Below, piece by piece: positions 46,387 to 56,707 of a stretch of DNA of 64,000 nt. Below the pieces are notes generated by a model that was not told where the DNA came from, ran no database searches, and saw only the letters and a list, made by a program, of their open reading frames with translations. The position numbers and the translations under genes are program-made. The stretch is taken from IMG/VR virus record IMGVR_UViG_3300021338_000003, positions 62,001 to 126,000 of that record; one strand, written 5' to 3'. The stretch's first letter is position 1. Every line of letters begins with the position of its first letter.

Positions 46387-46691
46387 AGTGCAAAGGCCAC
46401 AACCCTATGCCAACCCATAGGGAGGGTGGGCACACCCGACTGCCATATGGTCATTTTCAGTGGTGTGACCCCCTTCCTCCTGAGCGGAAGTGGATACGAT
46501 TCAACGATCCTCGGGATTCCCTATATCTTGAATGGGTAGAGTACACTCGCCCTGGTTCCGCATGCTCCTCAATGGGCCTAAACGAGTGCTGGACCGGGCA
46601 AGAGGAGTCCCAGAATGATCGACAGCAATATATCCATGATGCTCTGTGGAGCTGGTTTCACTTTCTTCGCGATGCATTCCGAGCGTGGTGA
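46383..46691 (+). CDS. hypothetical protein
   Basis: ATGA overlap; overlaps the next ORF, so uncertain. Confidence 0.35.
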   Translation: MKCKGHNPMPTHREGGHTRLPYGHFQWCDPLPPERKWIRFNDPRDSLYLEWVEYTRPGSACSSMGLNECWTGQEESQNDRQQYIHDALWSWFHFLRDAFRAW

Positions 46692-47244
46692 GTTTATTCG
46701 CCGATTCTTGTTTCGGCTGGAATACTTCGAGCGGATGTTCGCTTGTGCCTTCTGCACCGGATACTGGGTTGGGCTTTTGTTCAGCCTGTTCTACCACGTA
46801 TTGGTGATGCATCCTGACGGATGGCCCCAGGATGTTCACCATGCAGTCTGGATTCTGGTGGATTGTGTTGCCATGGGTATGGGCACTGGGATCGTAGCCA
46901 TCTTCATCGACAAGGTTCTCGACATTGGAGATGCCGCCATACATGGCGTGAGCCTGGCCCAGAGCCTGGTTCCGGCGGACGACATCTCTTCCCTTGATGC
47001 CCTCGAATCCCTAGTAGAGAATACACAGCCGGTCAGTGAACAAACCTTTGCCTCTGTGGTACAGGGCACTTCCATATCAACGTTGAAAGAAGAGGTAGTG
47101 AAGGCCGCTCGGCAGTGGAATGAAGGTGGAGAGACAGAGGCAGAAGACCGGGCAAACTGCCAAGAGCTTCAATGGGCCGTTGAAGCGCTAGAAAAGGCCG
47201 AAAGAGCCAATGAAGAGAAGGCCCGGGCTCGTGACCAAGACTGA
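46615..47244 (+). CDS. membrane protein, DUF1360-like
   Basis: MFACAFCTGYWVG CxxC motif between hydrophobic helices. Confidence 0.55.
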   Translation: MIDSNISMMLCGAGFTFFAMHSERGEFIRRFLFRLEYFERMFACAFCTGYWVGLLFSLFYHVLVMHPDGWPQDVHHAVWILVDCVAMGMGTGIVAIFIDKVLDIGDAAIHGVSLAQSLVPADDISSLDALESLVENTQPVSEQTFASVVQGTSISTLKEEVVKAARQWNEGGETEAEDRANCQELQWAVEALEKAERANEEKARARDQD

Positions 47245-47497
47245 CATCAAAGTTGTTGTGCACGAAGGTGGACCACCAGAAGGCGGTACTTACGGTAAGC
47301 CACCAATAGTGGTTGACGAATCATATGACTGCCCAGAATGTGGAAAGGTTCATCTTTTGGAAGCCTGCGCTGAGTGTGGGTCCAATGATATCCACTATGA
47401 CTTTGGGCTTGGTGGTGGCCCTGGGTACGGGTTCTACAAGCAGTGCCTTGACTGTGGACATTCATACAAAGAGATGCTTCCTCATGACCAAGAATGA
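47231..47497 (+). CDS. small zinc-ribbon protein
   Basis: CPECG, CAECG, CLDCG. Confidence 0.55.
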   Translation: MTKTDIKVVVHEGGPPEGGTYGKPPIVVDESYDCPECGKVHLLEACAECGSNDIHYDFGLGGGPGYGFYKQCLDCGHSYKEMLPHDQE

Positions 47498-48116
47498 CAG
47501 TGATGAACTCTGGAAAAGTCTCAGTGACGTTGATGAGGCTATGAAGAAGTTCAATGAACGACTAGAAGCTCCTCCCACCCTCAGTCTCAAGGAGCCAGGG
47601 TTTGAGGTTGTTGAAGGTCCCAAGGGGGTGTGCCCCACCCAGGCTTTCGGGACAATCGACGGGAAATGTTGGTACTTCAGGGCCCGACATGGAACCTGGA
47701 GTATCTGCGTGGGCCCCGCCGACCAAAAAATGCCCCATTATGTCAGCCTAACGGAGTGGGCCATAGAGGGCAATGACTCGTCCTGCGGGTGGATGACCAA
47801 GGATGAGGCTCTGTGGTGCATCGGTATTGCTTTGGGCCGATATAGGGAGGACATGGCGTTGTCGAAGAGGGATGGATATTCCAAAGCCGTTTTGTGGGCT
47901 CTCAATCAGGGTGCCGAGAAATTCACCACCCAGGAGTTTGCTGATGGGCTAGACCTGAAGAGCATTAGCCATGCCAGCAAACTCCTCATGAGGCTCCGAG
48001 ACTCCGGCCTAGTCATCGATGTCGGATATCGTATATCCCCTATCACCAAGCGGGCCTCGAACGTCTACGAGTCGGCCATCGCCTGGAGGCGAAACCTTGG
48101 TGCAGGTCTATCCTGA
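47484..48116 (+). CDS. hypothetical protein with C-terminal winged HTH
   Basis: FTTQEFADGLDLKSISHASKLLMRLRDSGLV; CPTQAFGTIDGKCWYFRARH N-terminal domain. Confidence 0.6.
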   Translation: MTKNDSDELWKSLSDVDEAMKKFNERLEAPPTLSLKEPGFEVVEGPKGVCPTQAFGTIDGKCWYFRARHGTWSICVGPADQKMPHYVSLTEWAIEGNDSSCGWMTKDEALWCIGIALGRYREDMALSKRDGYSKAVLWALNQGAEKFTTQEFADGLDLKSISHASKLLMRLRDSGLVIDVGYRISPITKRASNVYESAIAWRRNLGAGLS

Positions 48117-48136
48117 ACACCACCAAGGATTTCTAG

Positions 48137-49594
48137 ATGAGCCAAAACCGCCTCCAAAGACTGGCCCGGGTCATCGAACGGCAGATGCCGCGTCACGTGG
48201 CTGGGACTATCATTCCTCGCGGATATGCCGTCCCTCTAGACAAGTTCATGTCCGGGTTCCAGAGGTTCTCACGGCCTATTGGGTCCGTGTTCCCCGTTTT
48301 GACCCCCTACAACACCATGCGGACCACCTCCGCCGTCCGCCGTGGGTCGAGCATTCTTGAAGTTGACCGCATGCTACCCTCCATCCCTCTGGGGTCCATT
48401 GTCGTCATCAACAACTCCGAGAAGCACTTTGTATCCGATATCGATCGTGTCACTGGGACTATCACCCTGACCGGCGAGATTTTGGTAGGCGGAGATGTTG
48501 GGTCTCTGGTGAGTCTCCACGCGGTGCCGGTCACAGTGGAGCTTGCTGCGGCCGAAGGTGATACGACAATCAATGTCTCGACCCCCTTCATCATGGTCCA
48601 TGGAGACGTGCTGGCCGAGGTGCTCAACCCGAATTCGGGTGGCTCCACTGTGGAAGTCCCCACTGGCAGCCTGGATATCATTCAGGAGGACGAGGTTGCA
48701 GGCAACGTCTATACCCTTGGATTGGAGAAGGCTCTAGCCCTATCTTATGGGGTCGGAGATACTATATACCTCCGGGCCTATCCGGCATACAAGAGTCGGA
48801 AGATCCCTCTCCCCACCCAGCCTACGACGTCCTTGGTGGACAACATCGGCCCATTGGTGTGGGACTATATTGAAGGTCGGTTGCATGATGGAGTCATCGA
48901 TGCCTCTACCAATCGCCCAGACCCTGACGTCACGTATGCAGTCCAGACGTACAGCCCGGCCTTGACCCTTGTGAGTGCGATGGCTCCCATAGAGCATAAT
49001 ACCTTTTCTTTCGGTGGGTCTCTGGACTCCCAGATGTTTTTGTTCTGGGACATTCATGAGGGTACCGCTGAATACCAGGGTCGCAACACGGTGCTCAAAC
49101 CCAATGAGGATGGGGATTTTCTCATCGGGTCTGCCCTTGAGCCTAACTGGCCTGCCAATGTCACATACTATGCTGGATTTGAGTCTAGCACCGATGCCGA
49201 GCTGGTCATAGGGTTCCGCTCCGCTGTACGGCGCCCATTTGGGTATAGTCCACCATCCGGATATTCCTGGGACTTCAACACTCAGACAGCATACCGGTCC
49301 ATGTCTCTGGCAGCTGGGGTCCGCGTCGGGGCTGGAACTCTTAAGATCGAGCCTCCGTTTGACTATGACCATATCAGCATCGGTGGGTATTCTGAAGACC
49401 CGGCTTGTGAATTGACGTTGTTTGACTGGAGCCCCGAAGCCGGGGTCCTTTCATGGGTAGAGTACAGTATCCTGGCCCGGGCCGAGGGCGAATATAGCTG
49501 GGGTGGTTCGGGCCTGGTCGTGAAGAATTTCTTCCGATCCAGGGCAGATCTTCAAAGGGCTGGTGTGGTGGACGGTCCGTTGGCTGCCTTCTAG
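48137..49594 (+). CDS. putative virion structural protein
   Basis: 485 aa, beta-rich, next to other large structural-type ORFs. Confidence 0.55.
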   Translation: MSQNRLQRLARVIERQMPRHVAGTIIPRGYAVPLDKFMSGFQRFSRPIGSVFPVLTPYNTMRTTSAVRRGSSILEVDRMLPSIPLGSIVVINNSEKHFVSDIDRVTGTITLTGEILVGGDVGSLVSLHAVPVTVELAAAEGDTTINVSTPFIMVHGDVLAEVLNPNSGGSTVEVPTGSLDIIQEDEVAGNVYTLGLEKALALSYGVGDTIYLRAYPAYKSRKIPLPTQPTTSLVDNIGPLVWDYIEGRLHDGVIDASTNRPDPDVTYAVQTYSPALTLVSAMAPIEHNTFSFGGSLDSQMFLFWDIHEGTAEYQGRNTVLKPNEDGDFLIGSALEPNWPANVTYYAGFESSTDAELVIGFRSAVRRPFGYSPPSGYSWDFNTQTAYRSMSLAAGVRVGAGTLKIEPPFDYDHISIGGYSEDPACELTLFDWSPEAGVLSWVEYSILARAEGEYSWGGSGLVVKNFFRSRADLQRAGVVDGPLAAF

Positions 49595-49606
49595 CAGTTC
49601 CGGTGT

Positions 49607-50530
49607 ATGAAACCACTCCACCAAGTTGTAGCCCAAGTGGGCACTTCGAGTCTGCCGCCTGTTTGGGTCATTCGAGACCTTCTACAGGTAGAGGACAAGG
49701 TGAGGACCGAGAGTGAGGGGAAGAGCCCCCTCACTGTCCTGGACCTCACTATACGAGCCCTCTTGGTCTCGAACCCTACTTTGCCTCCTGAACACCTGCA
49801 CCAGTGCGCTGCCATTATGGTGTGGCGTCTTGGGCTGTACGAGAATTGCAAGGCATATGAATGCATCTTGCGATACAATGACCCTCAAGACCAAAAGGTG
49901 GAGTCGAAGCTCGGTCACCGATACTTGGTAATGGGTCAGGAGATCATTGATCCTTTCTTCGACATTCTTACAGAGCGGAGATACGAGCCGTCTCGGCATT
50001 CGGTATTCCGGGTATCAATGATTCCCTCCCAGTATATTTCCCATATGGTCAACAGAGCTGACCTCCATCGGTATGAGGACGAGCGCCGAGAAATCAGTGG
50101 CCTTCCTGCCCGATACGCTCGGGTGTGTTGGCATATCGCTCGCAGCCTGAACCTCCCTCCCAATTGGTGGGCGAGTAAGGACCACCGGACCGTGGCCCAG
50201 CGAATTGACTTCGAGGGTATTCTCAGGAAGTATGTCTACGACGACCTTGTCGACGAAGATCCCGATTGGGGCAACAATATAGTCCGAGCCATCCGGTCTC
50301 TGTGGCCTGCTTGGCCCGAGGAATCCGTAAGGTTCTTGGTCAAGAGAATTCGTCGCCCATTTGGGCCGTCTGTCCCGAAGGGTTATCAACTGACGCCCAT
50401 CGAGAAAATCAATGTGAAGTACCCCAATTTCCAACAGCAGGGCATCCCGCTCTTCCTTGAAAACAATGGGGCTATCGGCTTTGGCGCTGGCCTACACATC
50501 CCCGGAGTGAGCAACAATGTCTACTATTGA
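49607..50530 (+). CDS. hypothetical protein
   Basis: 307-aa ORF. Confidence 0.7.
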   Translation: MKPLHQVVAQVGTSSLPPVWVIRDLLQVEDKVRTESEGKSPLTVLDLTIRALLVSNPTLPPEHLHQCAAIMVWRLGLYENCKAYECILRYNDPQDQKVESKLGHRYLVMGQEIIDPFFDILTERRYEPSRHSVFRVSMIPSQYISHMVNRADLHRYEDERREISGLPARYARVCWHIARSLNLPPNWWASKDHRTVAQRIDFEGILRKYVYDDLVDEDPDWGNNIVRAIRSLWPAWPEESVRFLVKRIRRPFGPSVPKGYQLTPIEKINVKYPNFQQQGIPLFLENNGAIGFGAGLHIPGVSNNVYY

Positions 50531-53500
50531 CGACAAGATCCCGGGCGCAAACTGGAAGGTTCCCCTCAACTCGGATAACCTCAAGTTCGCCGCGGACCAG
50601 GCGGAGAAGGCTGTCTACGACACCCGCAAGCTCATGGCCGGGTCCTTCACCTCTTTGGCTTCTCCGGGTATCGTCACGGACACGGACCCTGCGTCCCTGA
50701 CTTCCGGTGAGACTTCTGAACCCCTTTTTGTTCAGTTGGACCCGGATAACCAAGCCCAGGTTATCATATACCCGGGCTCCGCGGTCAACTCCCTGAACCA
50801 GCTCATTGAGATTTCTGAACAGCAGACGGTGGATGTTCGTACGCCAGGGACTGTGGGTTCCCAGACCGTTGTGTACGTCCAATATGGGAACCAAGAAACC
50901 ACGCCTGTCCCTACCCGGACCCGTATTGGTGATGTCAAATCCCGGTTTGAGGTCAATGCTGAAGAAGATATGTGTTTCAGCAGCACCCTGAGTGCTTATG
51001 AAGCCCTGTCTGAGGAGACCAAGAAGCGGACGGTGGTGATCGGGTTGGTGACTGTGCAAGAACAGTCCGATGGCAGTACCCTACCCGTTGTGGACCTCTC
51101 CCAGGGGACCCTATCTTACAACCGTCCCTGGTATTCGGTGGTTGATGTTTCCCACCGTTCTATGGTAGGCACCGGATCTTCGACTTCGAAGAACCCTCAT
51201 GGAATCTCCCTCAATGAGGTATCCGTTGCTGGGGACCTTTCCCTATACCATGCCCTGATTGGTCGGGGCATCCTCATTTGCCCGGCCAACTCTCTCCCTG
51301 GTGTCCCAGGCACCCTATGTGAAGAAGAAATTCCCGGGAGCCGCTGGCAAGTGGACACCACCGGTGATATCACAGGTCTGGCTAATAGCCAGTATGTGGA
51401 ACTCTTGGGCTATCCCATTGCCCTGGGCGCCTGCTATGTGGTCGATGGTAATGAGGATACGGATCAGGTCGACCTTTTGGCCCCTGAACTCATCACCAAC
51501 CGCACGTCTATTGGATTCCCCACACGGGGACGCAGCAACATCATTGCGGTTGGTCCGAATGTGACCATCGATTCAGGGGAGACATACAGGCTCCGCTACA
51601 CCTGCGCTTCTATCCTGGAGCCGCCCGCGGCCTACGACTCGGACCAGACTCTGACCTTTGGTTCTCCTAAGGGGCAAGAGGTCGTCATTAGTGATGGCCT
51701 GGCCTTCAACACGGTCGAGGACCCGGAGCTTTCCACCGAGGGCCTCGGGACCATCCCTCGCAACATTTGGGCCGTCTTCGACGATGACCTGGGTCTGGTC
51801 CATGTTCCTCAAGTTCTCGTTCCCTTCACCCGGCTGCGGGACCTTTCCTCAGACCTCATCACCATCTCGGCCACTCCATATGGTGGCGGTCGTATCCGGG
51901 TGTGGATGACGGATGCCATTGCTAACGCCTCCCTCGAAGTCAGCATGTCCATCCAAGGTACCGATGAGTCTGGTGGCCTCATCACCGAGACCATCACTTT
52001 TGATGATACTTGGGTAGACAATCCTGCCCCCTCGGATGTCGAGGAGCCGGCCCAGTGTATTGTGCTGGATTCTACCTTTGCTAACGCTGACCAAATCACC
52101 ATCTCAACCAGGAACAACGATGGCCCAAACACCGCCATCCTAGTCGAGATGATTCCCGACTCGGTGACCACCAGCGGCAACTTCAACCACCCGTTTCTGG
52201 TGTCATCCATCTTCTGGGATGGCTACCGGGCTGCTCGCCTCACCGATGAGCGGGAAGTCACCATTTCCCTCCACAAGCAGGGTCGTCCTCGTGCCGAGGC
52301 CATCGGTGAGGCGGTTCTTACCACTCATGCCTTGAACCCCGAGGTGGGATCGAACATCGTACTTATTGCATCCGAAGATGCAGATCAGATGCTCCACTCG
52401 GACATGCTTCTTACTCAAAGGTGGGCACTCCGGGGCGACAAGGGAATGGAGGACCCGGCACTACCAGCCAGCTCCACTTCGGGGCGCAATTCCTACTACT
52501 ATTCCCGGGCTCTGCGTGCCGCCAATGAAGGGACGGTATGGATTTCGGTTACCCTCCTGGGGATGGCTCGACACTTCAACACCGGAGACACGGCTGAATA
52601 CCGTGTAGCCCGGTCCTCGGACCCCAACACCTGGACTGATTGGCGAAGTTTTGACACCGCCGATATTACCCGCGTCGGAAATCAGGCCAATATATCTTCC
52701 TTCCCTATCACCTTCTACTCATATCTTCCAGAAGCAATCGGTGGTTTTGCATCCGACGATGAGGTGTACAAGTTCCAATTCCGATTCCTGGGGGACTGGT
52801 CATCCTACGTCGTACTTCTTGCTGATGCCGACCTCCGCGAAGGGGCAGGGGACAGCGCGGGGTTGCTCAATCTGAACACAGCCTTCAAGGTTGAGCACTA
52901 TGAATATGGAGCCGGTGCTTCCCTTCGGGGTCTCCACCGCAAAGTGACTGTGGAGCCGCCCTCTGCTGGCGCTGGACTTCTGGCTCCTGATACCGAATAC
53001 CGTGTCCATCTCAAAGCTCATGCATCGGGTGATGGGTATGGGCACCCGATGGTTGTTATCGATGGGCAAGACCCCCTGGGTGCCCCTCTTGATGGTACCA
53101 TCACCTTGCTCAACTCGGGCTATATCATTGCTAGTGGCGGAATCATTGCCGGTGCCAATGGGTCCCTGTCCACTCCTGGAGGGTCCCTTTCGGCCGCTGG
53201 TGTGTTCACTGGAACCTCGGCTTCAATCTCCGGGACTACGACATCGGCCATTTTTGCCTATGCGGCCGAGATGAATGCTATTGAGGTTCTATCCCTGGCG
53301 GAATTCCGAGCGGTTATTGACCAGGCGGATGGGGATTTGGTCCAGGATTGGAACTGGACCAAAGCTTCCGTTGCTTTCCCTGGGGCGGCTCCAGACTTTT
53401 TCGGTCCCACCTCTATTTCCTCGGGGTCCTACATCTGCGTACCCCTGGACGGATCAATCCGTCATGGAACGAAACTCCGGTCCATTGCTCTATGGGTACA

Positions 53501-53789
53501 GCGAGAAGCTGCAGGGGCTGCTCTGACTCTTACTTTGCGGCTACAGCGGGCCGACATTACTGGGAGTGGAACCACATGGACCAACGTAGCCTCCGGCAGT
53601 GAGTCCATTCCGATTGCGGCTGGTCGTCAGGTGTTTGAAGTTTCGATGGGCGACCCAATTGCTGACGTTCAGAACAACCTGTACCGTCTTCGAATCGAGG
53701 CTGATGCCAACGTCAATGCCATGATCGCCCAAATCGGGCTTCTATGGCGTGAAGATGACACGGCAGCCCAACTCAATAAGTTCCCATGA
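50517..53789 (+). CDS. large putative baseplate/tail structural protein (1090 aa)
   Basis: PGIV...VIIYPGSAVNSLNQLIEI...VVYVQY (tail-fibre-base pattern); NPHG motif; Ser/Thr/Gly-rich. Confidence 0.65.
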   Translation: MSTIDDKIPGANWKVPLNSDNLKFAADQAEKAVYDTRKLMAGSFTSLASPGIVTDTDPASLTSGETSEPLFVQLDPDNQAQVIIYPGSAVNSLNQLIEISEQQTVDVRTPGTVGSQTVVYVQYGNQETTPVPTRTRIGDVKSRFEVNAEEDMCFSSTLSAYEALSEETKKRTVVIGLVTVQEQSDGSTLPVVDLSQGTLSYNRPWYSVVDVSHRSMVGTGSSTSKNPHGISLNEVSVAGDLSLYHALIGRGILICPANSLPGVPGTLCEEEIPGSRWQVDTTGDITGLANSQYVELLGYPIALGACYVVDGNEDTDQVDLLAPELITNRTSIGFPTRGRSNIIAVGPNVTIDSGETYRLRYTCASILEPPAAYDSDQTLTFGSPKGQEVVISDGLAFNTVEDPELSTEGLGTIPRNIWAVFDDDLGLVHVPQVLVPFTRLRDLSSDLITISATPYGGGRIRVWMTDAIANASLEVSMSIQGTDESGGLITETITFDDTWVDNPAPSDVEEPAQCIVLDSTFANADQITISTRNNDGPNTAILVEMIPDSVTTSGNFNHPFLVSSIFWDGYRAARLTDEREVTISLHKQGRPRAEAIGEAVLTTHALNPEVGSNIVLIASEDADQMLHSDMLLTQRWALRGDKGMEDPALPASSTSGRNSYYYSRALRAANEGTVWISVTLLGMARHFNTGDTAEYRVARSSDPNTWTDWRSFDTADITRVGNQANISSFPITFYSYLPEAIGGFASDDEVYKFQFRFLGDWSSYVVLLADADLREGAGDSAGLLNLNTAFKVEHYEYGAGASLRGLHRKVTVEPPSAGAGLLAPDTEYRVHLKAHASGDGYGHPMVVIDGQDPLGAPLDGTITLLNSGYIIASGGIIAGANGSLSTPGGSLSAAGVFTGTSASISGTTTSAIFAYAAEMNAIEVLSLAEFRAVIDQADGDLVQDWNWTKASVAFPGAAPDFFGPTSISSGSYICVPLDGSIRHGTKLRSIALWVQREAAGAALTLTLRLQRADITGSGTTWTNVASGSESIPIAAGRQVFEVSMGDPIADVQNNLYRLRIEADANVNAMIAQIGLLWREDDTAAQLNKFP

Positions 53790-53803
53790 TAGAGGTCTGA
53801 CCA

Positions 53804-54778
53804 ATGGGTGAGCAGCGCTACTTTGACTTTGGACGTCTATACAAGGCTGAGGATCAGAACGAGGTCCAGAAGTCGTTTGCGGATGCCTGTGTGCTGGAAG
53901 GATTTGACCTGGGTGTCAGCACTGATGGGCTCCTGCTAACCATCAGTACCGGTCGAGCCATCACTCCAGAAGGTGTCATTATTACCAATGACAATGACCG
54001 AGAGTTCACCTTTGACCGCACGGCGGATGCAAAGAAGTATACTGTATCTTTGGTCCACACCTTCTCTGCGGTCCAGAATGGTCGAATTTCCACGGTGGAA
54101 CTCCGTGAAGTCACAGACTCCGGCGGTAGTCCCATTTTCAGTGGCACTGTGAATGATTTGGATGGTAACCTAGAAGGGACTGTTCTGGGGTGGGTTGATT
54201 ACCCTGGCGGGTCAATCGATCTTTCGATTGACCACATCTACAACGCCGCCAGACGCCAGGCTCTCCCTCCTACTTCAAATCTTACCTCTAGCCCTTCCCC
54301 GGAGGATGGGTACGTACCGGTCAGTGTAAACGCACCCTACATCTCTTCTCCGGGTCTGGTTGTAGACAGCGACACCCTGACCCCTACTCAGGCGGTGGAT
54401 GGGGATGGGTTTCCCTATACTACCTGGACCAACTCCACCGGATCGGACAAAACCATCCTCTTGACCTTCGTGCCTACCAAGCCTACATACCACAGGCCCA
54501 AAGCAATAGAGCACGACCTCCTCATTTCCGGGTTGGGAGATTCAGTGACCCAATTTCAGGTGACGGCCCCCGGATATAGCGGGTGGAGTGTCTCCAGTAC
54601 CGGGGACATTGCTGCTGGAGACAAGGTCATCAACATTTCGGGCACTACTTTTCCGGTGGCTCCGAATCTTGTGTCCGGGTTCAAGTGGATTGCCCGGCTT
54701 CAGGTGACTCTGAAGCCCAGCTCCTCTATGCGCCTGACATATTTCCGGGTCAAGGCTGGGCCCATACCTCTGCACTAG
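53804..54778 (+). CDS. putative tail/baseplate structural protein
   Basis: VLEGFDL...LTISTGRAITPEGVII resembles the N-termini of 12621..17030 and 50517..53789. Confidence 0.55.
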   Translation: MGEQRYFDFGRLYKAEDQNEVQKSFADACVLEGFDLGVSTDGLLLTISTGRAITPEGVIITNDNDREFTFDRTADAKKYTVSLVHTFSAVQNGRISTVELREVTDSGGSPIFSGTVNDLDGNLEGTVLGWVDYPGGSIDLSIDHIYNAARRQALPPTSNLTSSPSPEDGYVPVSVNAPYISSPGLVVDSDTLTPTQAVDGDGFPYTTWTNSTGSDKTILLTFVPTKPTYHRPKAIEHDLLISGLGDSVTQFQVTAPGYSGWSVSSTGDIAAGDKVINISGTTFPVAPNLVSGFKWIARLQVTLKPSSSMRLTYFRVKAGPIPLH

Positions 54779-54786
54779 TGAGAACA

Positions 54787-55362
54787 ATGGATCCTCTGTA
54801 CGATAGAATGGTCACTCTAGTCAAATTTCGAGACCGGAGCAAGAGCATCAAAAAAGTCGAAAAGGTGCGCAAGGGTGTAGCCCCCCACCTTCTCACTCGC
54901 ACGTGCATGAAGATTGGTGTAGTGGACCAAAATTGGCTTCCCCCTTCAGGCATGGAAATTCCGAACCCCGGCGAATGGTGGTTTGTTCACATTGTTCGTG
55001 AGACCCATCCGGGCCAAAACCATGGTGTTCTAATTCTGCGTCCTATTCAGAAGGTCGAGCAGAACTCAATGAACATTTTGGTGCCAGGATTTTTCGAAAC
55101 GGAACGCCCTAATGAGGGCACCCTAGTCATCACTCCCAAGAATGACCCTCATGGCCATTGGTATCTCCCTCTTCGCCTCAAGAATGAGATGATGGCCCGC
55201 AGGGGCCTTTCTGTCATCGTAGTAAATCTTGGTGGTGGGTATTGGAGTAGCTGTGGCCAAGAAGATGGAAAGTCATGTGGGGCAGATGGCGACGTCTCTG
55301 ATAAGAGCGCCGTTGAAAGTGTCCTCCGCACTCATTTGTCGCAGGCCCTGTCAAAGATGTAG
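54787..55362 (+). CDS. hypothetical protein
   Basis: ATG 54787 within ORF 54583..55362. Confidence 0.65.
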   Translation: MDPLYDRMVTLVKFRDRSKSIKKVEKVRKGVAPHLLTRTCMKIGVVDQNWLPPSGMEIPNPGEWWFVHIVRETHPGQNHGVLILRPIQKVEQNSMNILVPGFFETERPNEGTLVITPKNDPHGHWYLPLRLKNEMMARRGLSVIVVNLGGGYWSSCGQEDGKSCGADGDVSDKSAVESVLRTHLSQALSKM

Positions 55363-55687
55363 CGGAGGGGGCTGCGACCACTGTGATGATGGCGTGGAAT
55401 CCTTTGACCCTGCCTCATACCCGCCCTATGTGGCCGAAGCCCTTGTGTTGATGGGCAAGGCGTTCCCGAATGAAAGGGTATACGCCAAGCTCAAGCATTG
55501 GCACGATTCAGGAGAGCCATACTGGAGAGTAGCTGCAAAGACATCCTTGGACGTTGACGCAGCCATGGACCGGATGGACGAATTCGTGCATGGAAAGGCC
55601 CCTGGGGACAAGGAAGGGGAACCACCAATAGTGTATTGCTTTGATGTGGTACAGCGCATATCAACCGAAAAGGTGGAAAATGAATAA
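55229..55687 (+). CDS. hypothetical protein with CxxCxGxGCxxC motif
   Basis: CQRCSGGGCDHC; start uncertain. Confidence 0.5.
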   Translation: MVVGIGVAVAKKMESHVGQMATSLIRAPLKVSSALICRRPCQRCSGGGCDHCDDGVESFDPASYPPYVAEALVLMGKAFPNERVYAKLKHWHDSGEPYWRVAAKTSLDVDAAMDRMDEFVHGKAPGDKEGEPPIVYCFDVVQRISTEKVENE

Positions 55688-55955
55688 AACCATCAAAGTA
55701 TTGGTCGGAAATGAAGAGGTAGGAACCCTACAAAGGTTTGAAGAAAGAGAACGAGGAAGGTTTCAACAGATTCTGCCTCTAGTTGAGAAACTTCCTATAT
55801 CTTTTCAAGGGACTACTACACACACTATTGGTGTATCAGAAGTGCGTGTGTATGATGCTATGCATGATATCGAGCGTGATTTTGCTCCCCAGCGACAGTG
55901 TTTTCCTCCTTCTCATTCGACCTTTTCAAGACGACCATGGAGAGACCGTGATTGA
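55680..55955 (+). CDS. hypothetical protein in AT-richer patch
   Basis: ATG overlaps the upstream gene end. Confidence 0.45.
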   Translation: MNKTIKVLVGNEEVGTLQRFEERERGRFQQILPLVEKLPISFQGTTTHTIGVSEVRVYDAMHDIERDFAPQRQCFPPSHSTFSRRPWRDRD

Positions 55956-56349
55956 TCAACAACGACACTGGTGTTTTCTCACCCCTTTCGGATTCAAGAG
56001 TGGGTCTGGCAATCGGTCAGACCTGAATGCTGCTTTCAATCAATTTCTAGTTGACTGGACTTATGACCAAGACGCTATTCCTGAGGTGAAAGGTGACCAA
56101 ATTCCGGAAAATACGTTTTGTATTTTCAACTTTCTAAGCCATGGGCATACCGATAATATACCGAAGGGATATATAGGGCATCAACTTCGTGTTGTTAACC
56201 TCGGGTCAAATCCCAACCCCAACAGGATGAGGGGTCGAATATGTGTTGGATGGATCTCTGACACAGGATTCAATGATGAGGTAGAAGACTTGATGAGACC
56301 CGCTATGACGCCTGTTTCTGTTTCCATTGAGAAGGTGTTGGCATCGTGA
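55948..56349 (+). CDS. hypothetical protein in AT-richer patch
   Basis: GGAG RBS before GTG within ORF 55783..56349. Confidence 0.5.
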   Translation: MIDQQRHWCFLTPFGFKSGSGNRSDLNAAFNQFLVDWTYDQDAIPEVKGDQIPENTFCIFNFLSHGHTDNIPKGYIGHQLRVVNLGSNPNPNRMRGRICVGWISDTGFNDEVEDLMRPAMTPVSVSIEKVLAS

Positions 56350-56684
56350 GCTGTTGTCGTCGCAAGCCTATCCGTCGATACCGCCCGTTCATGACTGTCC
56401 GGACAGGTGAACCTGTTCTGGACCCTCGTGCGGAGGAGGAGCAGGGTTCTGCATGTTCCGAGGGTAAGAATCTTACCCTCGGTGTTGTTCGGGACACTCT
56501 CGTTGTTGTTCGAGAAGGGTCAAAATACGAGTTCAGAGCTTACCTCCGGTCCCAAGGATGCTCCTTTGATTGGTCGGATTCTTTGTTCGCCAAGTGGAAC
56601 TCTCTAGGGGCCAATGAGAAAAAAGCCGTAGCTGCTCAATTGGGCCAGACGTTCACGGCCGCCCAGTTGGAGAGCGTGCTGTAA
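56346..56684 (+). CDS. hypothetical protein
   Basis: GTGA overlap. Confidence 0.55.
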   Translation: MSCCRRKPIRRYRPFMTVRTGEPVLDPRAEEEQGSACSEGKNLTLGVVRDTLVVVREGSKYEFRAYLRSQGCSFDWSDSLFAKWNSLGANEKKAVAAQLGQTFTAAQLESVL

Positions 56685-56707
56685 TAGGGGCACCAGGAGG
56701 CCAATAC

